From contig CM000208.1 of the NCBI GenBank assembly GCA_000002445.1, forward strand, positions 3,264,001 to 3,328,000: a stretch of DNA of 64,000 nucleotides. Reading direction: 5' to 3'. Positions within the stretch are counted from its first letter, which is position 1. Each line of letters begins with the position of its first letter. Both the position numbers and the translations under genes were made by a program. Under the pieces are notes generated by a model. That model worked only from the letters and a program-made list of their open reading frames with translations, did not search any database and was not told the origin of the DNA. Below are positions 10,632-20,572 of this stretch, in pieces. Origin of the DNA: Trypanosoma brucei. Its lineage: Eukaryota.

Positions 10632-12686
10632 CTACGCAACTAGCTCCGTATCCATTGCCTTCACCGCCGGAATACAATATTCAAATGAAAGCAGAACAAT
10701 ACCAATATCCCACGCGTCGTCACAGGGCCCCAAGTTGTTTTCGTGTATAAACGGTAATTCACATTTTTGGTTCGGTATTTGTGAGGTGCGCTTGGAACGG
10801 CTCCGTCCAACTTCAATTAATCCCTCATAAACGCCAGGCTGTAGGTGAGAAACTCTCGTTACCATTTCACCACTGTTGAGTGAATAAGGTGTACGGTTAG
10901 TTTCTACAACATGTGGCATGTGTTGGTCCTCAGTTCCGGGGATGCATAACGTTGCAGGGGAATCTTTTGCGTCTGCAAGTGGCGACAGTGCCTCACAATA
11001 GGGGAGAGGGTGACCACAGCACCCAATAAAACTGTTGATGAAGGAAGCCGCGGAGCACTTTGATGAAATAGATAAAAATATATCAATAACTTGCTTTAAG
11101 AAGTCACATTCGACTGAAGTTTGCTTGCAATGCTCACTGGACCAGGAGTACATCATTTCCACGGCTGCGTTGATTTCAACAAAAAGTAAAGGTTTTTTAT
11201 CTCGGTGAAGAGAGTCTGTTGAAGGCAATGAAACGCGACCAAAGTTTACCGTCACGTGCTGATGTGGAAATACACGCCATTCCCCCAACTCTTGGAGAAC
11301 AAAGATGACTCCTCCACAAAGAGGTCCTTCCTGCCGGGAAGCAGACACCACATTTTCCGTATTTCCATATTCGGGTATAAAGCATGCCCCCACAAGAGAC
11401 TCATTGGAAATAGGGTATCTTTGCAACACCTCAGCTTCAGAAAGGACAAACCACGGAGGGCAGAGATGCAAGAAGAAACCGCAACAGTCAAAGTGAAAAG
11501 GAAGATTGCGTACCGTGCCACCATGTCGCAAGCATAGTTTGCGTTCGGATATTTCGGTCATTGTGAACCAACAGCATGGCGTTGAAGCTAAGTGGATTTG
11601 GGCATCATCATTTTCCTCCATATCTTCATTGTCCATACGATTCTCAAGCTGTACAGGCTCTCCTGTAGCAGCCCAGTAGTTCAGGACCCGGCCTGCATGA
11701 AACGAAGAGTAATTAGCGGAATAACGTCTCTGATTTGCCCGATCACTGAAATCCACATTCATCAATGTGATATCCTCCTCAACATGAAATTGGTGAATGT
11801 CTTGCATTCGTGGAAGGAAATATTTTGAAAACGGTCCACGAAACGGAACAATCCATGCACGCCAATAACCAGTTGAATCGGAACTAGAAGCTGGCAGCTC
11901 TATCTCTGAGGACGAAAAAATATCATCAAAAAACCATCCATCTTTCTCCCACACAATATGACCTGAATAAGGTGTCTCCACAGCAGAAACTGTCGAGACA
12001 GATTCAGCAGCAAGTGATGGTTTGCTTTCCAATGCTGCTACCATATTCTGATCCATTAGATTTGATCCTTTAGACAGTTGGTGAAGAAACTGCAACCCTC
12101 CTTCGGTGCGTCGGAGCTCTTTCTGAAGCAAACGAGTCCTCATACAATCAGCAATATTCAGCCGCTGTTCGCAACGAAAGAGTTGAATAATGATTGGTGT
12201 CGGTGATGCACCGGGAACCTCCGAGGGTTCCACGCTAACCTTCGTAGTAGACAACAGCAATGACTGAGCGGAACTGCTCCCCACACACCAATCACGCATT
12301 GATGGAACAGGGTTTGCTGAAATCGTGGGGTACCTGAAATTCCCGTCATTTATATAATTCAGAAGCGTTTCTTGCACCCCTTCCGGACAGTAGTAGCAAG
12401 GCGTAGCAGACAGAGGCAAAAGGGAATTCGGCGCCACGGTGGGACATCGTGTCTCTCCTGTTCTCTTAAGAAAATCTCCCCTCTTCCGCAATACAATATA
12501 CCCCCATCGCAGCATCAGTCGAGGTAGACACGGAAATGCACTCCGCAGAGCCTCCGCCAAACTATGGAAGGAAATAAATGTCATTACAGTGCAGAGGCCC
12601 CTTCCCCACCCTACTTGTGACAAGAACAGAACACATGCATCACACATGCAAAAGATAAAAATATATACGTCGACACAAAGTACCAT
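10632..12686 (-). CDS. Hypothetical protein (Cys-rich central region), up to 684 aa; true start uncertain
   Basis: Long uninterrupted minus-strand ORF with an ATG at 12684-12686. The first ~30 residues are low-complexity, read through a TA-rich tract, so the real start may be an internal Met (M35 or M58). No family recognised. Confidence 0.5.
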   Translation of the reverse strand: MVLCVDVYIFIFCMCDACVLFLSQVGWGRGLCTVMTFISFHSLAEALRSAFPCLPRLMLRWGYIVLRKRGDFLKRTGETRCPTVAPNSLLPLSATPCYYCPEGVQETLLNYINDGNFRYPTISANPVPSMRDWCVGSSSAQSLLLSTTKVSVEPSEVPGASPTPIIIQLFRCEQRLNIADCMRTRLLQKELRRTEGGLQFLHQLSKGSNLMDQNMVAALESKPSLAAESVSTVSAVETPYSGHIVWEKDGWFFDDIFSSSEIELPASSSDSTGYWRAWIVPFRGPFSKYFLPRMQDIHQFHVEEDITLMNVDFSDRANQRRYSANYSSFHAGRVLNYWAATGEPVQLENRMDNEDMEENDDAQIHLASTPCCWFTMTEISERKLCLRHGGTVRNLPFHFDCCGFFLHLCPPWFVLSEAEVLQRYPISNESLVGACFIPEYGNTENVVSASRQEGPLCGGVIFVLQELGEWRVFPHQHVTVNFGRVSLPSTDSLHRDKKPLLFVEINAAVEMMYSWSSEHCKQTSVECDFLKQVIDIFLSISSKCSAASFINSFIGCCGHPLPYCEALSPLADAKDSPATLCIPGTEDQHMPHVVETNRTPYSLNSGEMVTRVSHLQPGVYEGLIEVGRSRSKRTSQIPNQKCELPFIHENNLGPCDDAWDIGIVLLSFEYCIPAVKAMDTELVA

Positions 12687-13760
12687 ATATTAACAGCGCA
12701 CATAATCATGAACTCATGAACGCAGCGATATTCATATCCTGCAAGAACAAAGAATATACCCAATGAAAAGGTATCAATCATCTTTTGACTGGAACCAGGC
12801 TACTTTGATCCAACCCTATCAAACTGGTATGGGTAAAAACGTACCAGTTATTATGACACCTAGATAACACCATGTATTTGAGTGTTGATTATTTAGCCGT
12901 TCACACCAATCACCAATGGCAGAAGTCCGTAGAGTAACTGGCAAAACCAAATCAGTTGTGTTCACGCGTAGCATATACACCATACCGTGCAACTAATAAC
13001 GGTACCGATATGCCATTCACACTCACACATCCCACAGATTCTCCACGCTATCTGTCACCGTGCTTGGCACTTTCACAAGTTCCATCTGCTTCAGCTATGC
13101 TACTTCAGTACCACTAATTGTACAAACATATTCCGTGGCGTATGCCCACACAGACACACACACGTGATAATCCTACTGAAAAGAGGCAATGTGAAGAAGT
13201 AAAAACACCGATGAAAGCAATACAAAAACAGCGAGTGGGGAAGGCGACCTACCCGAAAAGAAACATTAAAACGCACATTAACTTTTTTCTAATGGAAAAC
13301 AATGGGTATCATATCAATGGACGAAAATAATTAAAAAAAGAATAACAATGCAGGGCAGTGAGCAGAACCATACAATGAGTCAAATGGGAATGCAGCAGCA
13401 GCCAACCACGGTTGCAGCAAACATGTCGCCTCGATGTCTCAATCATAACCCACGTATGGTAGTCTGTGTTACCCTTGGGTTCATACGCCCTCCTAAAGAA
13501 ACAAGTTGTAAAATGTTATACTACGCCGGAAACTATTTATTATTATATCCACTCTCTCCACAGAACCAATCACTCTCTCGTTATTAACACACTAAATTAC
13601 GGAATAAAAGTTAGACATTAGTGTCACAGCGCTCTTCAGATGTTAAGGGGTTTCGATATTAGCGAATAGAATGAGGAGTAAAAAGAGAGTCAAACATATC
13701 AAATCATAAATAACAAATAACCAAATATGAGAAGAAGGGGAAGAATAAAGCATCATGTAC

Positions 13761-14107
13761 TCATTTAGTTATATCAGACACCACCTGCCCACCATGACGC
13801 CGCACGAAATCCAGACGGCGGGGCACCAGGAATGCCTTCCCTTTGCCAAGTCGGAAAAAGATGGCAACGGCAAGAAGCCCGCTTAGCATGCCAATAACGC
13901 TACCAGCCACTACATCACCGCTGTGGTGACGATTGTCGCGTAACCGACGAAGTTGCGGGAGAATGCACGGTCTCGGCATGTGTTTTTTCTCTTAATACCT
14001 TGCAATATTTTTCCACTACATGATAGCTGCATCGCAACTGTTATTGAAGGTGCGGTTTGGTGCGGAAAAGATGTGGTGAAGGCCTCAATCCGCATAATGG
14101 ATTGCAT
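13761..14107 (-). pseudogene. Degenerate, frameshifted relic of a PAP2-family lipid phosphatase gene
   Basis: ORF 13761..13979 encodes …LRRLRDNRHHSGDVVAGSVIG…IFFR…LVPRRL…. This is collinear with the C-terminal SRxxxxxHxxxD region of the intact PAP2 at 61662..62660 (SRTRDNRHHFSDILGGSVIG…IFFR…LVPRRL). Immediately upstream, in a different frame (13910..14107), lies SFPHQTAPS, matching a decayed SFPSGHSSC (PSGH) motif. No intact N-terminal half is present. Confidence 0.45.
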
Positions 14108-14518
14108 CCTGCCGTCGCATGCCGCTAGCGTTATTTCATCTCTTCCCTTTCTTCTGCCGAGTTGTTAGAGCTGCATTTAAGCCTTATGTACCTTTACTTT
14201 TTTTTTCTATTCTTAAAGAACACTCAGCCCTCCTTATAGTCTTAGCGGTTGAGCAGGAAATCAGCATAAATAAAGAAGTGCGTCAATACTTGCCATATTG
14301 GCTGTTGCGACGAGAGGAAAGTGGAAATTTTTGTTTCTCTGCAGTAATACTGCACGTTTTCCTCCTTTCTTTTCCTTGATTTTTTTCAGTAGAGTACTAA
14401 TTAATAATAGGTGTTTAGTAGTTTCCTGGTTACTCATAATAATAATAAGTGAATAATATGTCAACAGAGGGAGGGGGAACGAGTGATGATAAAAAAAAAA
14501 GGAGGATTTCAGCATTAC

Positions 14519-15514
14519 TCACAGATATTCCAACGAGTAACCGAACACCATCTTTATTGCATCGAAGAAGTTTGCTCTCCACCCTTCCTTCACGTTCTGC
14601 AGTTCACCCTCCGGAATGCCCACCTGAGCAAACTCCAGCAACGTCACCCCCTGTTCTTCTTGTTCCAGCGACATGACAACGGAGCTGTGGATGCCGCTCG
14701 GCCAACTGCGAAGCCTCCATTGCATCTTAATTAATGAATTTGGCACCACTTCAACAAAGAAACCCGTGATGACTCCACCAAGGAAGTCAAATATGCCTCC
14801 CGAGCGGGGGTCGATCTTCGCGGGGGCACGCGTGTATACTGAGGCTCGCTGCTCATTCATAAGCACAGTGAAGAGCTCCTCAACAGGAATTCTCCACCGC
14901 ATCTTCCACGAAAAGTTTGTGGACGATACATTACCACCTGCTGAGCTCGTTGTAGGTTTTTCGTGGGTGCTTGCCGACTTGTTATTCTGTGGAGGTGGGG
15001 GCGGCAGCGATGATCCGTTCTTCAGGTTCTTACCGATTTGATAGGTCTCAAACAACTCTTCGAAGTATTTGGTGATGACGCCACGGACTGCTGCACGACC
15101 CTTCGCACGCACGACAGCCTCAGCCCTCTGCGTCTCATCTTTGTTATCCGTTGTCGTAACCACGATATCGTACTCGTCGCGGAAGCTATCGTGATCAACC
15201 TCTGGAACAGTCATCTTACCCGACACCTCCTTCTCACCGGACCACTTCAATGTTAGTTTAAGTTCAAAGTAACACATCATCTTTCCTTTGCGCTGTGCAA
15301 CCGTCACGTCTCCAGAGATTTCACTCACCTCCGAAATGTGAAGGTTGTAACCATCGTCATCGCTGCATAACTTGAAGTTGTTAAGTCTGCGCTTGAGTTC
15401 CTCATGGCAGTCGTTGGAGAGGTCCCGTTCTTCCCAGTGCCAAGCGTTCACATTCTGTCCATCCTTACGGTCATTCACAATCCAGCGCGGATCTCCTTCA
15501 CCTATACGCGCCAT
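14519..15514 (-). CDS. Aha1-type activator of Hsp90 ATPase (N-terminal Aha1_N + C-terminal AHSA1/START-like domain), ~332 aa
   Basis: The N-terminus MARIGEGDPRWIVNDRKDGQNVNAWHWEERD matches the Aha1_N signature (RW…R.DG.NVNNWHW.E). The Pro/Ser-rich linker and C-terminal domain fit AHSA1. The track ORF begins at a TTG. The first ATG is at 15512-15514. Confidence 0.7.
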   Translation of the reverse strand: MARIGEGDPRWIVNDRKDGQNVNAWHWEERDLSNDCHEELKRRLNNFKLCSDDDGYNLHISEVSEISGDVTVAQRKGKMMCYFELKLTLKWSGEKEVSGKMTVPEVDHDSFRDEYDIVVTTTDNKDETQRAEAVVRAKGRAAVRGVITKYFEELFETYQIGKNLKNGSSLPPPPPQNNKSASTHEKPTTSSAGGNVSSTNFSWKMRWRIPVEELFTVLMNEQRASVYTRAPAKIDPRSGGIFDFLGGVITGFFVEVVPNSLIKMQWRLRSWPSGIHSSVVMSLEQEEQGVTLLEFAQVGIPEGELQNVKEGWRANFFDAIKMVFGYSLEYL

Positions 15515-15542
15515 GCTCTGCCACAAAGTTGGTTAAGCTGTG

Positions 15543-15562
15543 ATATATATATATATATATAT
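15543..15562. repeat. (TA)10 microsatellite ~30 nt upstream of the Aha1 ATG
   Basis: atatatatatatatatatat read directly. Confidence 0.9.
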
Positions 15563-16313
15563 TTCTCCTCGTTGGACTGTTCTGCCTCGTTAGACTTGAC
15601 TCCTCTTTGACACCGTTTCACTTAGCGCCCGGAAGATTTGAAAATATCTTCTCCCTTCTTGTCTTTTTTTTTCCTAGTTGTTATGAGATAAGATCTTTCT
15701 ACTTCCTTTTTTGTCTTGTTTAAACGCCCCTCTACCTCTTGAATCCTTTTGACCACTTTACACGCCGCTATCGAATAGGAAAAATTTTCACATAGGGGAA
15801 AACGGTATACTTCTTTTCACCTGTTTAAAGTAGTTCTTTTGCTTTATTCCGCACCTGCACACAAGTATATACCATGCGCACACGCGTGTGTATGAGTACA
15901 ACCTCGTTACCTTCTTATGTGCTTCTGTTGCCGTTCAAAGTTAATTTCCGCAGCTCCCGCTTTTAGCGACACCCACACCCCACCGGTGTACAGCGGTGCC
16001 CGCACAGTAACGTTGTTGCTGATTTCCTTTCAGTTCGTTTCGGTTTAACGGCGCTCGATGGGACCGGTGGAAGCATTAATAAACAAAAAAAGAAGGCAGA
16101 AACAATCCGGGTGAACTGATGTGTCACGCGACATTGCTTCTGTCGCACAAAACCTTAATTGGCTTCTTTTCTATTTTTCCCCTCCATTCCTTTACCGCTT
16201 CTTTTCACCCAATTTCACTATTTTTTCCCCCCAGTGGATGCAATCTTTCCTAGGCACAGATGGGCATTCATTAAGTGTCGCGCCGACTATTTGCTCCCTT
16301 CCCTTCAAAATCT

Positions 16314-17447
16314 TCAACATTTATTTTCAACCTCTTCATCAACATTGTTCTCCTCCGTCTCCACATTCGAGCAATCAATGGCGTCACCATCCTCGTTGTT
16401 GTTGCTTTCGCCGCCGTTGCCATTACTGGCGGCTTCTTCACCGCTTATGTTGGCACCTTCATTGTTACAATTGACTTCCATGGGACAGGAGACAGAATCC
16501 GACTCGGTTTTCATGGGCAACGTCGCGGATTTCTCGGGTTCCGTGTCTTCCCCCCCTTCGATCTTTCGCCGGGAGTGGCGATGGCCCTTTTCACCCTCCT
16601 CGTCGGACGAACTTTCTTCGCTTCCCGAAATGGAGCCCGTACGCCCCTCCTTTAGATTGCGCTCCGCCAGTTTACGTTCGTACTTTTCGGCGTCACGGCG
16701 GACGACGTCAAGAAACTGCTTTCGTTGTACCTCGCGCAGTTTCAGTGTCTCCTCAGGTGGTTGAGGGTTTGCCGGCGGGCGGGTGTACGGCGCTGGACGA
16801 CCGAGTGGCCCGCCAGCATAAACACCGCGCGGTGCACCCCACGGCTGCTGCGGGGGCGGGGGGACGTACGCCATTGGGGCTGTTGGTGGCATGACATGCA
16901 TACCTGGAGCCGCAGCTGGTGCCTGAGGAAGGAGACTCGCCATAAGCACCTGTTGCTGCTCTGCAGTGAGGTTGTTTACATCTATGGCGCCCTGCTGCAG
17001 GAGCTGAAGGAGAAGAGTGGCACCCTGTTGCTGCTGCTGTTGAACCATACCAGGCAAGAAACTCGCAGGAACAGACACGGCAGGCACTTGAGGTTGTGAA
17101 GGAACTTGTGGATGCTGACCCGCGCTGCTCGCAGTATTGCTGGCGGCGGGCGCAGGGGTCGGGTTGTTGTTGTACCCTTCAGGCCTGCCAACGTTACCCT
17201 TGCTAATACCAACCTTTATTTTCCTTCCAGCTAGTGTGAATCCGTTGTACTTCATCGCTCGCGCACGATCATCCTCGGTGGCAAAATCAATAAAACCGTA
17301 GCGATACGGATCCTCGTCACGACCATTAAGGGAACAATCAACAATAGTGCCACATTGGGAAAAGACCTGACGGAGAACCTCCAACGTCACACTTCTGTCA
17401 ATATTACCAATGTAACAGCCAAACCGCTGCTGTCCAACATGCGCCAT
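16314..17447 (-). CDS. RNA-binding protein with a single N-terminal RRM, Gln/Pro-rich middle and acidic Ser-rich C-terminus, 377 aa
   Basis: ATG at 17445-17447. The RRM has RNP-like motifs (CYIGNID…; YGFIDFATEDDRARAM). The low-complexity QQQQQ/PPPPQQP region is typical of kinetoplastid RBPs. It may correspond to a T. brucei RBP between PP5 and GSK3, but I cannot confirm that without a search. Confidence 0.7.
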   Translation of the reverse strand: MAHVGQQRFGCYIGNIDRSVTLEVLRQVFSQCGTIVDCSLNGRDEDPYRYGFIDFATEDDRARAMKYNGFTLAGRKIKVGISKGNVGRPEGYNNNPTPAPAASNTASSAGQHPQVPSQPQVPAVSVPASFLPGMVQQQQQQGATLLLQLLQQGAIDVNNLTAEQQQVLMASLLPQAPAAAPGMHVMPPTAPMAYVPPPPQQPWGAPRGVYAGGPLGRPAPYTRPPANPQPPEETLKLREVQRKQFLDVVRRDAEKYERKLAERNLKEGRTGSISGSEESSSDEEGEKGHRHSRRKIEGGEDTEPEKSATLPMKTESDSVSCPMEVNCNNEGANISGEEAASNGNGGESNNNEDGDAIDCSNVETEENNVDEEVENKC

Positions 17448-18534
17448 CCGTTCGGCGCTTGCCTTTGTGTGTACTTAGAACTTAGGCAGACACCAAGAAA
17501 GGAAGGTCTCGGTTGAGTGCAACAATTCAAAATAGGGACCTCTGTTTCCCCGCAGTCGTTCCCACCCCTCAAAAAAAAAAAAATACCACCACCACCACCA
17601 ACAATAACAACAAACACCCCACCCTTACTTTTTGTATTTGCCTTCTTAGTTATTTTCTGATTTGTCACTTTCCTCCGTTAATCTTTTTTATCCTAATGCC
17701 CTCTGCGATTACCTTTTCGTCTTGCTTTGATGGTTTAGCTATCTATTTTCTAGGCTCCGCTCCGCCTTTAGTCGTTACCCTGCGCCTTATTATTAGTTAT
17801 GTCTATTATCACCACAGCTGTTACTGTTATTGTCCGATTTCGTAGATAAACCTAGTACCAGACTTCAGAAATTACCTTGTGGAAGCTAGCTCCTAGCATA
17901 AGGGTTGAAAGCAAAATAAATTTTAAAAAAGCAAACAGAGAAGTGTGGGTAGTAAGAAGGGAAATGATATAACAGTGAGGTGCAAAGAATAAAAAGGAAA
18001 AGGAGAACGGTAGCACTATCGATACTCCCCATCACTTTTCCTCCTTCTCCCTTTATAGTCCCAAGTATTGTACTTTTGTGGGGGAAAGGCAGGCCAAGGA
18101 GCTGAAGTGGGGGTGGGGGGAAAGGTGATGATGAAATGCTGATGTCAACAACAGTATATATAAACTGATGTGCAATTTTTTTTATAAATTATTTCGCTGC
18201 CGTACAAGAAATGCACATATTACACGATTATATTACAAAACACCGGTGTCGATGAGGCGACTTTCACCAATCTCAGCACTCCTACTCTCCCTCTTTCCTT
18301 TGCAATCCCTTTATTTTCCTCCCTTCTTTGAAATGCTGTTGAATATTAAACACTTTAAAACTTCGGTGACACTGGTGGTGAACGCTTTTCTCCTCTCCTC
18401 TCTCCTCCACATTCACACAACCCCACACGCGTACACCGTTATGTAATCGGAGAAAAGAAAGTACCGAACATGATATAAGTCCATCTGCAGCTTCCAGATC
18501 CGTAGACCAGCCATACGAGGGCAGGCGTGTACAT

Positions 18535-19431
18535 TTACGATGTTTTTTGCGAAGACTGCGATGACTCCTCTACGGCCTTCCGCTTGCCTACAGCCCTTTT
18601 CTCGCGTCTAGCCGAAGCCTTCAACTCCTGTGCCAGGTAAGCGGCAAAGGACTCCTTGTTCATAACTTCCATCTTCTGATACACGTTACGATGCCGCTCC
18701 ATGAATAACTGCCGTGGTGGGTGGAAATCAAAGGGAGCTATGTGCTTGAGAACATCCCTCACATGCTCCGTTTTGTTGATGATAACGTCACATAGATCCT
18801 CAATACACAGCACGTTGTACTCCCCGAGTGCCTTTTCTAGCATGAGATTGCCATTGATGAGTCGTTTTGTTTTTGTTTCTTCATTCCAAAGAGCCCCACG
18901 TGTACGTAGCAACTCGTTTAGTTGCGCTGGTTCGGGGTGGCCAACAACAGAAAAGGGGCCTAACTGCTTTACAAGTGGGTCGGTGAAGGGGTTCAAACAT
19001 AAAAGTCGTGCAGAGTAAAGTTTCCTAAGCCCTAACCGGCCGAAGGCCAAAGCAACTTCATGTGGTATCAACTTACCGCGCGCCCGGACAATCAGTACGA
19101 CCCGCGAGTCTTCAAGGGACTTTCCGTACTCCTCTTCTCCCATTCGCCCTTTCTTACCTGTTGCCTTCTCACCGATCTTTTGAAACAAACGCCCTTGCTT
19201 TTCCCTCAGTTGGGCGCGTTTTAATATCGTCTGCGCACTGATAAATTTCTTTGTGCTGAGCTTTCGCTTCCTCTTAGCGTCTATTTTGGCCTTGTGTCGC
19301 TCACGCCGCTCCTGCAGTTTGTCACGCCGGAGCACGCGATCTACGCGGAGCTGCTCGACAGATTTGCGCTGCAGAAGAATGGTTTCCTTCACACGCTCTC
19401 CCGGGAGCCATTTAGGAGGGTTTTTACCCAT
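18535..19431 (-). CDS. uL30 (L7/L30)-family protein with a basic N-terminal extension, probably ribosome-biogenesis factor RLP7-like, ~298 aa
   Basis: The C-terminal two-thirds aligns by eye with the L7/uL30 core (VLIVRARGKLIPHEVALAFGRLGLRKLYSARLL…ICIEDLCDVI…FDFHPP). There is a KR-rich N-terminus. I trimmed the start to the ATG at 19429-19431 (MGKNPPKW). The track start lies inside a TA-rich tract. Confidence 0.65.
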   Translation of the reverse strand: MGKNPPKWLPGERVKETILLQRKSVEQLRVDRVLRRDKLQERRERHKAKIDAKRKRKLSTKKFISAQTILKRAQLREKQGRLFQKIGEKATGKKGRMGEEEYGKSLEDSRVVLIVRARGKLIPHEVALAFGRLGLRKLYSARLLCLNPFTDPLVKQLGPFSVVGHPEPAQLNELLRTRGALWNEETKTKRLINGNLMLEKALGEYNVLCIEDLCDVIINKTEHVRDVLKHIAPFDFHPPRQLFMERHRNVYQKMEVMNKESFAAYLAQELKASARREKRAVGKRKAVEESSQSSQKTS

Positions 19432-20572
19432 AGCAACTGCACAAACTGAATATATATGTATAGAAATATATATGTGTATGTATGCAACGCTGAAACTTTG
19501 GATGAAGCACGAAGCCGAAATGGGGCGCCCTCTCAACGGGAGATGTTACGCTAGCCTTCACTAATACATTGTTTTTTTTAAATACGAGTATGAGAAGTTT
19601 AGATGGAAAATGTGAAGAAGGAAGAAGCAGCTAAATCGAATAGAGTAACAGCAAGGGATAAACACAGGCGAATGTGCAGCGGTTACGGCGGGGAGCCAAT
19701 CCATGAACGAGTGCTCGAGAAAGTAAAGTATACGCACACACAAAAAAGACAAAAACAGCACGTTGCCGCTGTACCCGCTCCAGTTTCTGTTGTTTATCGC
19801 CTCCCTTCCTTTTGTTTATTTTTTTTATTATTACATTTGCCCTTCTACCGTGCGACGCCCCCACCGACAGCAACAAACAAAAAGGCGTGCGGAGTATGAT
19901 AATAATATATGTGAAACACGTGCACTTGCGAGCGGGTAGAATAATTTAACATTTTTTTTTTAGTCGTACGTAACACGAGAAAATCATATGCGACACACAC
20001 CACCACAAAGAAAAAAAAACAAGAAACGAAAAGAGTAAGACAACAATAAGAAGACGATCAGTAGCCGCACATCTATTTGCCAACCTGGTACAAAAACCTC
20101 ACAATAAGGACGAACATCAACGTAACGAAAAGTGGAATAAACTAATTTTTTCTCCCCTTTTGTTTGATATGAAGAAAAAAACTTGGGAAGAGGAGGGAGG
20201 TCATACAAATAAAAAGGAAATGGTTGGTGCAAAACGACGATCGGTTCTCCATCATGCTTCCTCCCATCTCCCATCACTTGCCTCATATGAAAGCACTGGA
20301 ATAAACTAATGCATATTTCAGTGGCATTAGCACCCCAGTCGGCATTTGCTGCGGCAACGGTATTCGGCTCCCGCTACTTTCGCTTATCTGAGTCAACCAA
20401 CATTCAGCTAAACATTATGGTCAACTCCCCCTCTTCCTCCACGTATTAGGTAAAACGCATTTTGCCTCATGCCATTGGCAGAGCTGAATTAGCGTGTATA
20501 AAAAAAAATATATGAACTTTTACATGGACTTGTGTATTTTATTAAAGGGAAAAGGTGGGGAAGACGATCCCC

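Noticed and set aside
16159-16764. 201-aa plus-strand ORF (and the overlapping 16275..16655 ORF)
   Set aside because: It lies entirely antisense to the RRM-protein gene. The Ser/Pro/Leu-rich low-complexity translation is the mirror of the Gln/Pro-rich coding region. It is also on the wrong strand for this transcription unit.
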